DNA from: an uncultured Actinomycetes bacterium
GTDB lineage: Bacteria > Actinomycetota > Thermoleophilia > UBA2241
DNA: 64,000 bases
Reading direction: 5' to 3'
NCBI GenBank assembly: GCA_963760655.1
Contig: CAVXDR010000002.1
Location: forward strand, 113,944-177,943
A program made the position numbers and the translations under genes. Under the pieces are notes generated by a model. It was not told where the DNA came from, did no database searches, and was given only the letters and a program-made list of their open reading frames with translations. The stretch's first letter is position 1. Each line of letters begins with the position of its first letter. Below, piece after piece: positions 21,522-30,228 of the stretch.

Positions 21522-22706
21522 GTGCTCGACGGCAGGGAGCGGGCGCTCGCCACGGTCGACCTCTCGGCCGTCCGCCACAATATCGCGCTGCTCGCCGGCC
21601 TGCTCGCCCCGGGCGCCTCGCTGTGCGCCGTGGTCAAGGCGAACGGCTACGGTCACGGCGCCGTGCCGGTCGCGCGCGCGGCGCTCCGCGCCGGCGCGTC
21701 GTGGCTCGGCGTGGCCACGGTCACCGAGGCCGAGGAGTTGCGCGAGGCGGCGCTCGCCGCGCCGATCCTCATCTTCGGTCCGCTCACCGGCCGCGAGCTC
21801 GCCCGCGCGGCACGGGCCCACGCCGACGTCGCCGTGTGGTCGCGGCCCTTCCTCGACGAGGCGCTGCGGCGCCGCGTGCGGCTGCACGTCAAGTTCGACT
21901 CGGGCATGGGACGGCTCGGCGTGCACGAGCGCGAGGCGCGCGAGCTGGCCGCGACCGCCGGCGATTCGCTGGCCGGCCTCATGAGCCACTTCGCCACCGC
22001 CGACGAAGACGACCCCGCCTTCTTCGTGGGGCAGCTCGAGCGCTTCAGCGCGCTCGCCGCCGAGCTCAAGGCGGCCGATCCGCGGCTCGTGGCCCACACG
22101 GCCAACAGCGCCGCCACCATGCGCGAACCCGCCGCTCACTTCGACCTCGTGCGCACCGGCATCGCGATCTACGGCCTGTCGCCGTTCGGCGACGACCCCG
22201 CGCCGCGCGGCCTGCGGCCGGCTCTGCGGCTCACCTCGTACGTCGCCGGCATCCGCCAGGTCAGGCCGGGCGACTCGGTGGGCTACGGCCGCCGGTTCAT
22301 CGCCGACCGTCCGGCGCGCCTGGCGATCGTGCCGATCGGCTACGCCGACGGCGTCGCCAGGGCGCTCACCAACCGCGGCGACGTGCTGATCGCCGGGCGG
22401 CGCTGCCGCATCGCCGGCACGATCAGCATGGACCAGCTCACCGTGCTCGTGCCCGACGACCCGGCCGCGGTGCGGCCTGGCGACGAGGTCGTCTTCATCG
22501 GCCGGTCGGGTCGCGAGCGGATCCTTGCCGAAGACGTCGCCCGGCTGCTCGACACCATCAACTACGAGGTCGCCTGCGACGTGGCGCCGCGCGTCGTGCG
22601 GCGCTACATCGAGACGCCTGCCGACGTCGAGGTCCGGCCGGCCGTTCGCCCGGCGAGCGCCCTGACGGGCCCCGACGTGGCCGCCGGCCCGCTCGACACC
22701 GCCTGA
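21522..22706 (+). CDS. alr: alanine racemase
   Basis: 394 aa. The PLP-lysine motif 'AVVKANGYGHG'. Confidence 0.95.
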   Translation: MLDGRERALATVDLSAVRHNIALLAGLLAPGASLCAVVKANGYGHGAVPVARAALRAGASWLGVATVTEAEELREAALAAPILIFGPLTGRELARAARAHADVAVWSRPFLDEALRRRVRLHVKFDSGMGRLGVHEREARELAATAGDSLAGLMSHFATADEDDPAFFVGQLERFSALAAELKAADPRLVAHTANSAATMREPAAHFDLVRTGIAIYGLSPFGDDPAPRGLRPALRLTSYVAGIRQVRPGDSVGYGRRFIADRPARLAIVPIGYADGVARALTNRGDVLIAGRRCRIAGTISMDQLTVLVPDDPAAVRPGDEVVFIGRSGRERILAEDVARLLDTINYEVACDVAPRVVRRYIETPADVEVRPAVRPASALTGPDVAAGPLDTA

Positions 22707-22715
22707 CGGGGCGCG

Positions 22716-24128
22716 ATGCTCGACGTCCACGCCATCGCCGCCGCGGCTGCTCCCGCGGCCGCCGCGAGCGACGGGGCCTGGATCGTCGGGGGCGGTGTGC
22801 GCGATGCCCTGCTGCACCGTCTCTGCGACGACCTCGACCTGGTCGTGGCCGGCGACGCCGAGACGTTCGCGCGCACCCTGGCGGCCACGCTCGGCGGCGC
22901 CGTCTTCTCGTACTCCGAGCGCTTTCCGGCGTGGCGCATCGCCTGCGAGGGCGGTCACGTCGACGTCGCGCCGCTGCGCGGCGCGACGATCGCCGCTGAT
23001 CTGCGCGCCCGCGACTTCACCGTGAACGCGCTGGCCCGGCCCCTGGCCGTGTCGCCCGGCGACCTGCTCGACCCCTGCGGCGGCCTCGCCGATCTGCGCG
23101 CCCGGCGCCTGGCGCCCTGCTCGCCGTCGGCCCTGCTCGACGACCCGCTGCGCGTGGTGCGGCTCGTCCGGCTGCGCTACGAGCTCGAGCTCGAGCCGGC
23201 GCCCGGCCTCGAAGAGGCGGCCGCCGCGGCGGCCGCCGGGCTCGCCGGCGTGAGCGTCGAGCGGCTCGAGCGCGAGCTCACCGTGCTGCTCGGCCTGCCG
23301 GCGGCGGCCCGGGCCGTGCGCAGCCTGTCCGACCTGGGCGCGCTCGACGTCGTGCTGCCCGAGCTCGCCGCCTGCCGCGGCGTCACGCAGAATCCCTACC
23401 ATCACCTCGACGTCTTTGACCACACCCTCGAGGCGCTCGCCTTTCTGCCGCAGGTGGTGGCCGCGCTCGGCGGCGAGCGGTTCCTGGCGCCGCCGAGCGC
23501 GGCCGGCCTGCCTGGCGCGGCCGCCCTGGCGCCCCTCGCCTGGGCCGTGCTGCTGCACGACGTCGGCAAGCCCGCCGCCCGCAACGTCGACGCCGACGGC
23601 CGCGTGACCTTCTTCTCGCACGACCGCGGCGGCGAGGAGCTCGCGCGCGGCGTCTGCCGCCGCCTGCACCTGAGCCGCCGCTTCGAGCACTACCTGGCCG
23701 TCCTCGTGCGCCAGCACCTGCGGCTCGGCTTTCTCGTGCGCGAGATGCCGCTCACGCTACGCGCCCTCGTGCGTTTTCGGCGCGACGTCGAGCCGTTCGT
23801 CTTCGAGGCGATCGCGCTCTCGCTGGCCGACCGCGTCGCGACGCGCGGTGAGCGCACGCCGCCGCGCTCGCTGGCGCGCCACTTCCGCATCGCCCGCGAC
23901 GTGTTCGGCGACGCGCCGGCCGCCGCGCCGCCGCTGCTGCGCGGCGACGAGGTCATGGAGCTCCTCGGGCTCGGCCAGGGTGCGACCGTCGGTCGCGCCC
24001 TGGCCGCCCTGCGCGAGGAGGCCGACTGTGGCCTCGTGACGACCCCGGCGCAGGCCAGGGCGTACCTGCTCGCCTGGTGGGAGCGCGAAGCTGGAGCGGA
24101 CGGGGCAGAGGAGGTGAGCCGTGCCTGA
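22716..24128 (+). CDS. cca: CCA-adding enzyme / tRNA nucleotidyltransferase with HD domain
   Basis: 470 aa. 'IVGGGVRDALL...DLDLVV' (pol-beta nucleotidyltransferase) and 'LLHDVGKP' (HD). Confidence 0.8.
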   Translation: MLDVHAIAAAAAPAAAASDGAWIVGGGVRDALLHRLCDDLDLVVAGDAETFARTLAATLGGAVFSYSERFPAWRIACEGGHVDVAPLRGATIAADLRARDFTVNALARPLAVSPGDLLDPCGGLADLRARRLAPCSPSALLDDPLRVVRLVRLRYELELEPAPGLEEAAAAAAAGLAGVSVERLERELTVLLGLPAAARAVRSLSDLGALDVVLPELAACRGVTQNPYHHLDVFDHTLEALAFLPQVVAALGGERFLAPPSAAGLPGAAALAPLAWAVLLHDVGKPAARNVDADGRVTFFSHDRGGEELARGVCRRLHLSRRFEHYLAVLVRQHLRLGFLVREMPLTLRALVRFRRDVEPFVFEAIALSLADRVATRGERTPPRSLARHFRIARDVFGDAPAAAPPLLRGDEVMELLGLGQGATVGRALAALREEADCGLVTTPAQARAYLLAWWEREAGADGAEEVSRA

Positions 24129-25089
24129 GCTGCCCGAGGTCGAGACCGTGCGGCGGCGCCTGGCCGGCGTGCTGCCCGGCGCCGTGATCGGCGACGTCGT
24201 CGTGAACGACCCGGTCGTGTCGGTCCAGACCGCGGCCGAGCTGGGCGAGAGGCTGCTGGGCCGCCGCGTCGTGGCGCTGCGCCGGCGCGGCAAGTACCTG
24301 ATCGTGGAGCTCGACGGCGCCCTGCTCGTCGTGCATCTGCGCATGACCGGCCGGCTGCTGCTCGCGCCCGAGGCCGGCGGCGCCGTGCCGCGCTTTGCGC
24401 TGCGCCTGCGCCCGGCGGGCGAGCTGCTCTTCTACGACACGCGCCGCTTCGGGCGCGTCTGGGTGCTGCCGGCCGCGGCGGAGGACGGGTTCTTCGCCGC
24501 CATGGGCCCCGAGCCGTTCGGCGAGTCGTTCACGACCGGCTATCTGCGCGGCGCGCTCGAGGGTCGCACCGCGCCGCTCAAGTCGTTCCTGCTCGACCAG
24601 CGCCGCATCGCCGGCGTCGGCAACATCTACGCCGACGAGGCCGCCTTTCGGGCCCGCCTCAACCCGCTGCGCGTGGCCGGCACCCTCGGGCCGGGCGAGG
24701 TCGCGCGCCTGCGCGACGCCCTGCTCGAGACGCTGCAGCTCGGCATCGACCACGAGGGCGCCTCGATCGAGAGCTTCGTCGACCCGGCCGGTCTGCGCGG
24801 CGCCTTTCAGGAGATCCTCAACGTCTACGGCCGCGGCGGCGAGCCCTGCCGCGTGTGCGGCACGCCGGTGCGCCGTATCGAGCTCGGCGGACGCGGCACG
24901 CATTTCTGCCCGCGCTGCCAGCCGCTGCCGCGCGGCCGGCGGCTCGCTACCGGCGGCCGAGAGGCGCTCGAGCGCGAGCACGCGCGGCGCGCCGCGGCGC
25001 GCCGCGCGACCTCGCCGGCCGGGGGCCCGGCGCGGCGCCGGGCGCCGCGGCGCAGCGACGACGACCGCCTCGGCCGGGGACCCGTGTGA
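24121..25089 (+). CDS. mutM: formamidopyrimidine-DNA glycosylase
   Basis: The N-terminal 'PELPEVETV' and the zinc finger 'CRVCGTPV...FCPRCQ'. An Arg-rich C-terminal extension of about 50 aa follows. Confidence 0.95.
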   Translation: MPELPEVETVRRRLAGVLPGAVIGDVVVNDPVVSVQTAAELGERLLGRRVVALRRRGKYLIVELDGALLVVHLRMTGRLLLAPEAGGAVPRFALRLRPAGELLFYDTRRFGRVWVLPAAAEDGFFAAMGPEPFGESFTTGYLRGALEGRTAPLKSFLLDQRRIAGVGNIYADEAAFRARLNPLRVAGTLGPGEVARLRDALLETLQLGIDHEGASIESFVDPAGLRGAFQEILNVYGRGGEPCRVCGTPVRRIELGGRGTHFCPRCQPLPRGRRLATGGREALEREHARRAAARRATSPAGGPARRRAPRRSDDDRLGRGPV

Positions 25090-25147
25090 GCGCCACGCTC
25101 ACCGTGGCGCTCCTGCAGATCGAAGCGGCCGGGCGACCGTTCCCGTC

Positions 25148-25615
25148 GTGACGGCCAACCGCCTGTACGTGGTCGCGGCCTGGCTGCCGCGGGGCGCGAC
25201 GATCGCCGTGGGCGCGCTCGGTCCGCTCCGCCTGGAGCGCGGTTGGCAGGCCTACGTGGGCAGTGCGCGACGCGGGCGGGACGCCCGCGTCGCGCGCCAC
25301 CGCCGCGCGGCCAAGCCGCTGCGCTGGCACGCCGACTATCTGTTCACGCCGTGGCCGGCCCGCCGCGCCTGGCTGCTCGACACGGCGCTCGACGAGTGCG
25401 CCCTGGCCGCGCGCCTGCGGGCAGCGCTCGCCGGCGACGGGCCCGACCCGTCCTGCGATGCCGCCGCCGGCTTCGGCTCGTCGGACTGCGGCTGTCGCGG
25501 CCATCTGGTGCGGGCGCCCAGCCTTGCAGCGCTGCGCCGGGCGCTCGCGGCGGCCGCCGGCGACGGTGATACGCTGCGGGTGGCGCGGGCGGCGCGACCA
25601 GGGAGGACGGCATGA
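25148..25615 (+). CDS. DUF123 (GIY-YIG/Uri superfamily) protein
   Basis: GTG at 25148. 'YVGSARRG...RVARHRR..KPLRWHADYL' and 'SSDCGCRGHL' match the DUF123 pattern as I recall it. Confidence 0.7.
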   Translation: MTANRLYVVAAWLPRGATIAVGALGPLRLERGWQAYVGSARRGRDARVARHRRAAKPLRWHADYLFTPWPARRAWLLDTALDECALAARLRAALAGDGPDPSCDAAAGFGSSDCGCRGHLVRAPSLAALRRALAAAAGDGDTLRVARAARPGRTA

Positions 25616-25833
25616 GCGCGGTCACGCTCTATGGCGTCGTGGCGGTCACGTTCATGATGCTGATGTACGCGCTCGAGCGGCGCGGGCCGCGCTTCGTCGT
25701 GGCCTTCGCCGCCGGCTGTGCGCTGTCGAGCAGCTACGGCTTTCTGTCGGGCGCCTGGCCGTTCGGCGTGGTCGAGGCCGTCTGGACGGTCGTCGCGCTG
25801 CGACGCTACTGGAGCGTCCGCACCGGCTCCTAG
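25612..25833 (+). CDS. small hydrophobic membrane protein (2-3 TM), unknown function
   Basis: 73 aa. Its ATG overlaps the DUF123 stop (ATGA). Codon usage looks genuine, and the sequence is strongly hydrophobic. Confidence 0.55.
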   Translation: MSAVTLYGVVAVTFMMLMYALERRGPRFVVAFAAGCALSSSYGFLSGAWPFGVVEAVWTVVALRRYWSVRTGS

Positions 25834-27185
25834 CGCGCCTTCTCCCACTTCTGCAGGTAGGCGACCTCGGCCAGCGTCTTGCCGGCGTCGATCTCGCCGC
25901 GCAGGCGGTTCTCCTTTTCGAGCACGTCCATGGCGCGGTTGGCGAGCTCGACGGCCTGCGCGCGCGGCAGCACGATCACGCCGTCGTCGTCGCCGACCAC
26001 CCAGTCACCGGGCTCGACCGTCTGGCCGGCGATCAGCACCGGCACGTTGACCTCGCCGAAGCCCTTGGGCTCGCCGGCGTTGGCCGACACGAGGCTCGAG
26101 AAGGCCGGAAAGCTGAGCCGGGCGATCTCGGGCGTGTCGCGGATCGCGCCCCAGACGACGAGGCCGGCCACGCCCTTGACCTTGGCGCTGTGGGTGGCGA
26201 GCTCGCCCCAGATGGCGGGGTAGCTGTTGAAGGCGTCGACCACGAGCACGTCGCCGGGCCGGCAGACGTCGATCGCCTCGACCGGCTTGGCCCAGTCGCC
26301 CGGGTAGGTGCGCACGGTCACCGCCGGACCGCACATGTGCGAGCCGGGCAGCAGTGGCCTGATGCCGTGCAGGCTCGGCTGGCGGTGCCAGGCGTCGGAG
26401 ATGTTGGCGGTCGAGACCTGCTCGAGCACGCCCCTGATGTCGGCCTCGCCGGCGCGCTTGTAGAGGGTGGTCTCGATGGCGACGCCCCGGTCGAGGGCGC
26501 GCCTGATCTCGGCCGTGGCGGCCGTGGCGTCGGTCGCCTTGGTGATGGCGCCGCCCACCACGACGACGCCGGCGCCGGCCGCCACCGCGGCCGCCGCCGT
26601 CTCGGAGTTGATGCCGCCGGCGGCGCTCACCGGGATGGCGACGGCCGCGGCCACCGCCTGCAGCGTGGCGAAGGGCGCCTCGCCGCGCATCTGCTGGTCG
26701 ATGGCGGTGTGGATGCCGACGTAGTCGGCGCCCCAGGCCTCGGCCTGCCGGGCGCGGGCGACCGGGTCGGCCACCTCGATCATGTCGACGATCAGCTTGC
26801 AGCCGTAGTTGTGGGCCGCCTCGATGCACTCCTTGATGGTCGAGTCGCTGGCGGCGCCGAGCACGCCGACCAGGCCGGCGCCGGCCTTGGCCGCGTACTC
26901 GACCTCGATGCGGCCGGCGTCCATCGTCTTCAAGTCGGCGAAGACGAGCTTGTCGGGGAACGCGGCCTTGAGCTCGCGCACGGCGGCGAGGCCCTCGGCC
27001 TTGATGAGCGGCGTGCCGGCCTCGACCCAGTCGGCGCCGCCGGCGACCGCCTCGCGCGCGACCTGCAGAGCGCGCGGCAGGTCGACGAAGTCGAGCGCCA
27101 CCTGCAGGGTCACGCGCGCGGCGCCGCTCGCGGCCGGCGCCGCGGGGCCGCTCGCCGGCGCGACGGCGCCGTTCTCGGCGCTCAT
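25830..27185 (-). CDS. fusion protein: 3-hexulose-6-phosphate synthase-like (OMP-decarboxylase fold) + RraA-like domain
   Basis: Only the C-terminal 451 aa of the 1196-aa track ORF are real. 'LQVALDFVD...GADWVEAGTPLIK' is HPS/KGPDC-like. The second half, 'GPAVTV...PGDVLVVD...WGELAT..A...G.AGLVV.GAIRD', is RraA / 4-hydroxy-4-methyl-2-oxoglutarate aldolase-like. Confidence 0.85.
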   Translation of the reverse strand: MSAENGAVAPASGPAAPAASGAARVTLQVALDFVDLPRALQVAREAVAGGADWVEAGTPLIKAEGLAAVRELKAAFPDKLVFADLKTMDAGRIEVEYAAKAGAGLVGVLGAASDSTIKECIEAAHNYGCKLIVDMIEVADPVARARQAEAWGADYVGIHTAIDQQMRGEAPFATLQAVAAAVAIPVSAAGGINSETAAAAVAAGAGVVVVGGAITKATDATAATAEIRRALDRGVAIETTLYKRAGEADIRGVLEQVSTANISDAWHRQPSLHGIRPLLPGSHMCGPAVTVRTYPGDWAKPVEAIDVCRPGDVLVVDAFNSYPAIWGELATHSAKVKGVAGLVVWGAIRDTPEIARLSFPAFSSLVSANAGEPKGFGEVNVPVLIAGQTVEPGDWVVGDDDGVIVLPRAQAVELANRAMDVLEKENRLRGEIDAGKTLAEVAYLQKWEKAR

Positions 27186-27655
27186 ACGCCCATCACCTGC
27201 ACGACGATCTGGCGGTCGCGCGGGCGCGCGTCGAAGTCGCAGAAGACGATCGTCTGAAAGCGGCCGAGCGTGAGCCGGCCGTCGACGAACGGCACGGTCA
27301 GCGAGGGGCCGACCAGGCCGGCCCGCACGTGCGAGTGGCCGTTGCCGTCGCGCAGGTTGTCGTTGTGCAGGTAGTGGCGGTCGGGCGGGGTGATCTGGTC
27401 GAGCGTCTCCTGCACGTCGTGCACGACGCCGGGCTCGTACTCGAGGGTGGTCACCGCGCCGGTCGCGCCTGGCACGAAGACGGTCACGGTGCCGTCGCGC
27501 AGGCCCGTGCGGGCGACCGCCTCGGCGACCTCGTCGGTGATGCCGATCATGTCGGCGTCGCCGCCGCTCGAGAACTCTATCGAGCCGGTCACGACGCACA
27601 TCAGGCCCTCGCGGACCGCCGCCTTTCGCCGGCCGTTCATCATCACTGTCGCCAC
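27182..27655 (-). CDS. yjbQ: YjbQ/UPF0047 family protein (secondary thiamine-phosphate synthase-like)
   Basis: 157 aa. 'DITDEV', 'GTVTVFVPGATGAVT..EYEPG', 'GHSHVRAGLVGPS'. Its stop overlaps the downstream start (ATGA). Start taken as the GTG at 27655, 11 nt after AGGAGG. Confidence 0.8.
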   Translation of the reverse strand: MATVMMNGRRKAAVREGLMCVVTGSIEFSSGGDADMIGITDEVAEAVARTGLRDGTVTVFVPGATGAVTTLEYEPGVVHDVQETLDQITPPDRHYLHNDNLRDGNGHSHVRAGLVGPSLTVPFVDGRLTLGRFQTIVFCDFDARPRDRQIVVQVMGV

Positions 27656-27661
27656 GGTCTC

Positions 27662-28702
27662 TCAGTCCTCCTGTCGCGCCGCCCGCGCTGCGGGCGGCGA
27701 GGTCGTGTCCGGCCCGCCGGACGGGCCGGGTGTCTGGTCTGCGGCCGTGCCCGTCGGTCGTGCCGCCACGGTGGCGTCGTCGACGGGCAGGTTGTCGAGC
27801 AGTCTGGTGCCGCCGAGCCGCGCGGCAGCCACGATCAGGCCGGCGGGCGGCACGGGGCCGCCATCGTCGACCGGCGTGAAGCGGTCGGGGTCGACGACGA
27901 CGGCGTAGTCGAGGGCGAAGCGCGGCTCGCCGGCGAGGTGCGCCGCGACCGCGGCGACGATCGCCGGCGCGCCGCGCCCGGCCGCCGCGCGGCCGGCCAG
28001 CAGGGCGCGCCGCAGCGCGGGGGCCGCGGCGCGCTCGGCCGGCGTGAGGTAGGCGTTGCGCGAGCTCATGGCGAGGCCGTCGGCCTCGCGTACGGTGTCG
28101 ACCGCGACGATCGCGACCGGCAGGTCGAGGTCGGCCACGAGGCGCCGCACGACGGCGAGCTGCTGCGCGTCCTTGCGGCCGAAGTAGGCGCGGTCGGGGG
28201 CGACGATCGTCAGCAGCTTGGTCACGATCGTCGCCACGCCGTCGAAGTGGCCGGGTCGCTCGGCGGCCTCGAAGCCGGCCGCCGGGGGGCCCTCGAGCCG
28301 CACCGTGGTGGCGCGCTCCGGCGGGTACATCTCGGCGGCCGACGGCGCGAAGACGAGCCCGGCGCCGGCCGCGGCCGCCAGGCCGACGTCGCGGGCCTCG
28401 TCGCGCGGGTAGCGGGCGAGGTCCTCGTCGGGGCCGAACTGCGTGGGGTTCACGAAGATCGAGACGGCCACGGTCGCGCACTCGGCGGCCGCCGAGTGCA
28501 CGAGCGCCAGGTGGCCGTCGTGCAGGGCGCCCATGGTGGGCACCAGGCCGAGCGGCCGCGGCAGGGCGGCGAGCACCCGGCGCGTCTCGGCGACGGTGCG
28601 CGTGACCGCAGGGGCGCCGGACGCGCCGGCGCGCCGGCCGGCGCCGTGGGCCGCGCCCGGGCCGGCCGGCGCCAGCGGGCTCGTGTCGGCGGCGGCGCTC
28701 AC
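27662..28702 (-). CDS. panC: pantoate--beta-alanine ligase
   Basis: 'VPTMGALHDGHLALV', 'VSIFVNPTQF' and 'GRKDAQQL' motifs. The GTG at 28702 overlaps the upstream stop (GTGA). There is a Pro/Thr-rich C-terminal tail. Confidence 0.9.
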   Translation of the reverse strand: MSAAADTSPLAPAGPGAAHGAGRRAGASGAPAVTRTVAETRRVLAALPRPLGLVPTMGALHDGHLALVHSAAAECATVAVSIFVNPTQFGPDEDLARYPRDEARDVGLAAAAGAGLVFAPSAAEMYPPERATTVRLEGPPAAGFEAAERPGHFDGVATIVTKLLTIVAPDRAYFGRKDAQQLAVVRRLVADLDLPVAIVAVDTVREADGLAMSSRNAYLTPAERAAAPALRRALLAGRAAAGRGAPAIVAAVAAHLAGEPRFALDYAVVVDPDRFTPVDDGGPVPPAGLIVAAARLGGTRLLDNLPVDDATVAARPTGTAADQTPGPSGGPDTTSPPAARAARQED

Positions 28703-29586
28703 AGGCGTCCGTCGGGGCGGTCGAGCAGCTCGCGCAGGGCGTGCACGGCCTCGTCGTCCAGGCGCGGCGCCGCCAGGTGGAGCGCCTGCAGCGACAGCGC
28801 GCGGTAGGTGTCGGCGAAGCGCGGTGCCTGCTCGGCCAGCAGCTCGAGGTGGGCTCGCACGGTGCCGACGTCGCCGCGCGCGACCGGGCCCGTGAGGGCG
28901 CCGGCCGGCCCGCGGGCGGCGAGGTTCGCGGCCGTGGTGGCGACGAGCGTGGCGAGCAGGCGGGCGGCGTCGCCGGGCTCGAGGCCCGTCGCCGCCGCGG
29001 CCAGCTCGCCGGCCTCGCTCTGCAGCGCGACGAACAGGTTGCTCGCCACGGCCGCCGCCAGATGGTAGAGCGGCTTGGCGTCGTCGGCCAGCACGAAGGG
29101 GCGGCAGCCGAGCCGCTCGGCGAGCCACGTGCCGAGCTCGAGGTCGCCCGGCGTGTCGCCCGTGACCGCCATCGGCACGCCACGCAGCGCGGCGGCGTCG
29201 CCGGGGGCGGCGAAGCTCTGCAGGGGGTGGAGCGACAGGATGCCGGCCGTGTGGCCGCGCAGCGGCGCGAGCAGCGCGAGCGCGCCCAGGCCGCTCGAGT
29301 GGACCGCCGCGACCGGCCGTTCGAGGGGCCTGGGCAGCGCCGCCGCGACGTCGTGGGCGACGCCCTCGATGGCGTCGTCGGGCGTCGCGATCCAGACCAC
29401 GTCGGCCTGGGCGACGGCATCGCTCAGCGCCAGGCGGGGCGGGTCGGCGGCGGGGTCGAGCGCAACGCCCGGCGAGGCCACGACAGCGGGTACGGCAAGG
29501 CCGGCCTGTCTGAGCGACGCGACGAGCGTCAGCCCCAGACGGCCTGGTCCGATCACACAGATCCGCAGCGCTTCGCGTGGAAGCAA
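28699..29586 (-). CDS. Rossmann-fold oxidoreductase, DUF2520-type (candidate ketopantoate reductase-like)
   Basis: TTG at 29586 with AAGGAG 8 nt upstream. 'ICVIGPGRLG' forms a Rossmann motif. The position upstream of panC resembles the mycobacterial Rv3603c-panC arrangement, from memory. Confidence 0.75.
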   Translation of the reverse strand: MLPREALRICVIGPGRLGLTLVASLRQAGLAVPAVVASPGVALDPAADPPRLALSDAVAQADVVWIATPDDAIEGVAHDVAAALPRPLERPVAAVHSSGLGALALLAPLRGHTAGILSLHPLQSFAAPGDAAALRGVPMAVTGDTPGDLELGTWLAERLGCRPFVLADDAKPLYHLAAAVASNLFVALQSEAGELAAAATGLEPGDAARLLATLVATTAANLAARGPAGALTGPVARGDVGTVRAHLELLAEQAPRFADTYRALSLQALHLAAPRLDDEAVHALRELLDRPDGRL

Positions 29587-29742
29587 GGCGACGGCTCCTT
29601 GGCTGCAGTCCTCCCGTGGCGGGCGGTACCGCGCCGACCTTCGTCTCGGCGCACCTTTGTTCCGGCGGTCGTCCCCGTCTCCTGCCCTCGGGCTCGAAGC
29701 GGGCACGGCGGGCGAGCGGCCGACGACCGTTCGTCCACTCAC

Positions 29743-29771
29743 AGAGTAGGCACCGGTCCCGGCAGCGTCAA
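29743..29771 (-). promoter_or_regulatory. sigma70-type promoter of the DUF2520-panC operon
   Basis: On the minus strand: TTGACG (29771-29766), exactly 17 nt, then TACTCT (29748-29743). It predicts a 5' UTR of about 150 nt. Confidence 0.55.
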
Positions 29772-29994
29772 TCGTGCCGCAGGGACGGCTTGGACAAACG
29801 TGGGCGGCTGGTCTCGACGGCAGGGGAAGGCGCCGCCCGCTCGACCCCGTCGCGAGCGCGGCCGATCGAGCCCTTCGCCGGCGCCGCCCGCTCGAGCCGT
29901 TGCCGTCGCCCACGCGGGCATTGCTCCGTCGCGCGCTCGGGGTGCGTACGCGCGGCTCGGGCGCGCGCCGGCACGGTCCCGGAAGGGACCCCGG

Positions 29995-30003
29995 TGGTAC
30001 ACT
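29995..30003 (+). promoter_or_regulatory. extended -10 (TGgTACACT) giving a leaderless fmdB transcript
   Basis: TGG-TACACT ends 6 nt before the ATG at 30010. There is no RBS. Confidence 0.4.
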
Positions 30004-30009
30004 TGCGCC

Positions 30010-30228
30010 ATGCCCATCTACGAGTTCATCTGTGAGCGTTGCGAGCTGCGGTTCGAGGAGCTCGTGCGCAGCGGCGACAAGCCGCGCTGCCCCGAGTGTG
30101 CGACCGGCGACGTGCGCCGGCTGCTGTCGGCCTTCGCCGTGCACTCGAGCTCGCCCGGCCTGGGCGGCGGCGGGGCGAGCAAGAGCTGCTCGACGTGTGC
30201 GGGCTCGTCCTGTGCCACCTGCCACTGA
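30010..30228 (+). CDS. FmdB-family zinc-ribbon protein
   Basis: 72 aa. 'MPIYEFICERCE...CPEC' (CxxC...CxxC) and a C-terminal Cys-rich tail. Confidence 0.85.
   Translation: MPIYEFICERCELRFEELVRSGDKPRCPECATGDVRRLLSAFAVHSSSPGLGGGGASKSCSTCAGSSCATCH

Noticed and set aside
25830-29420. 1196-aa minus-strand ORF in the track, which looks like a giant protein
   Set aside because: Only the last 451 aa (25830-27185) have protein-like composition and recognisable HPS/RraA motifs. The upstream 745 aa are Arg/Pro/Ala-rich read-through in a frame that overlaps the real yjbQ, panC and DUF2520 genes lying in other frames.
29789-29807. Near-identical 17-18-nt motif CTTGGACAAAC(G)TGGGCG shared with 51623-51640, plus a third CTTGGACA at 51656-51663, all in intergenic DNA
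   Set aside because: There are only two or three copies, with an indel and no consistent distance to a -10 element or start codon. The word is AT-rich and therefore rare here, but I cannot establish significance without genome-wide counts. It is noted as a possible regulator or sigma-factor site only.
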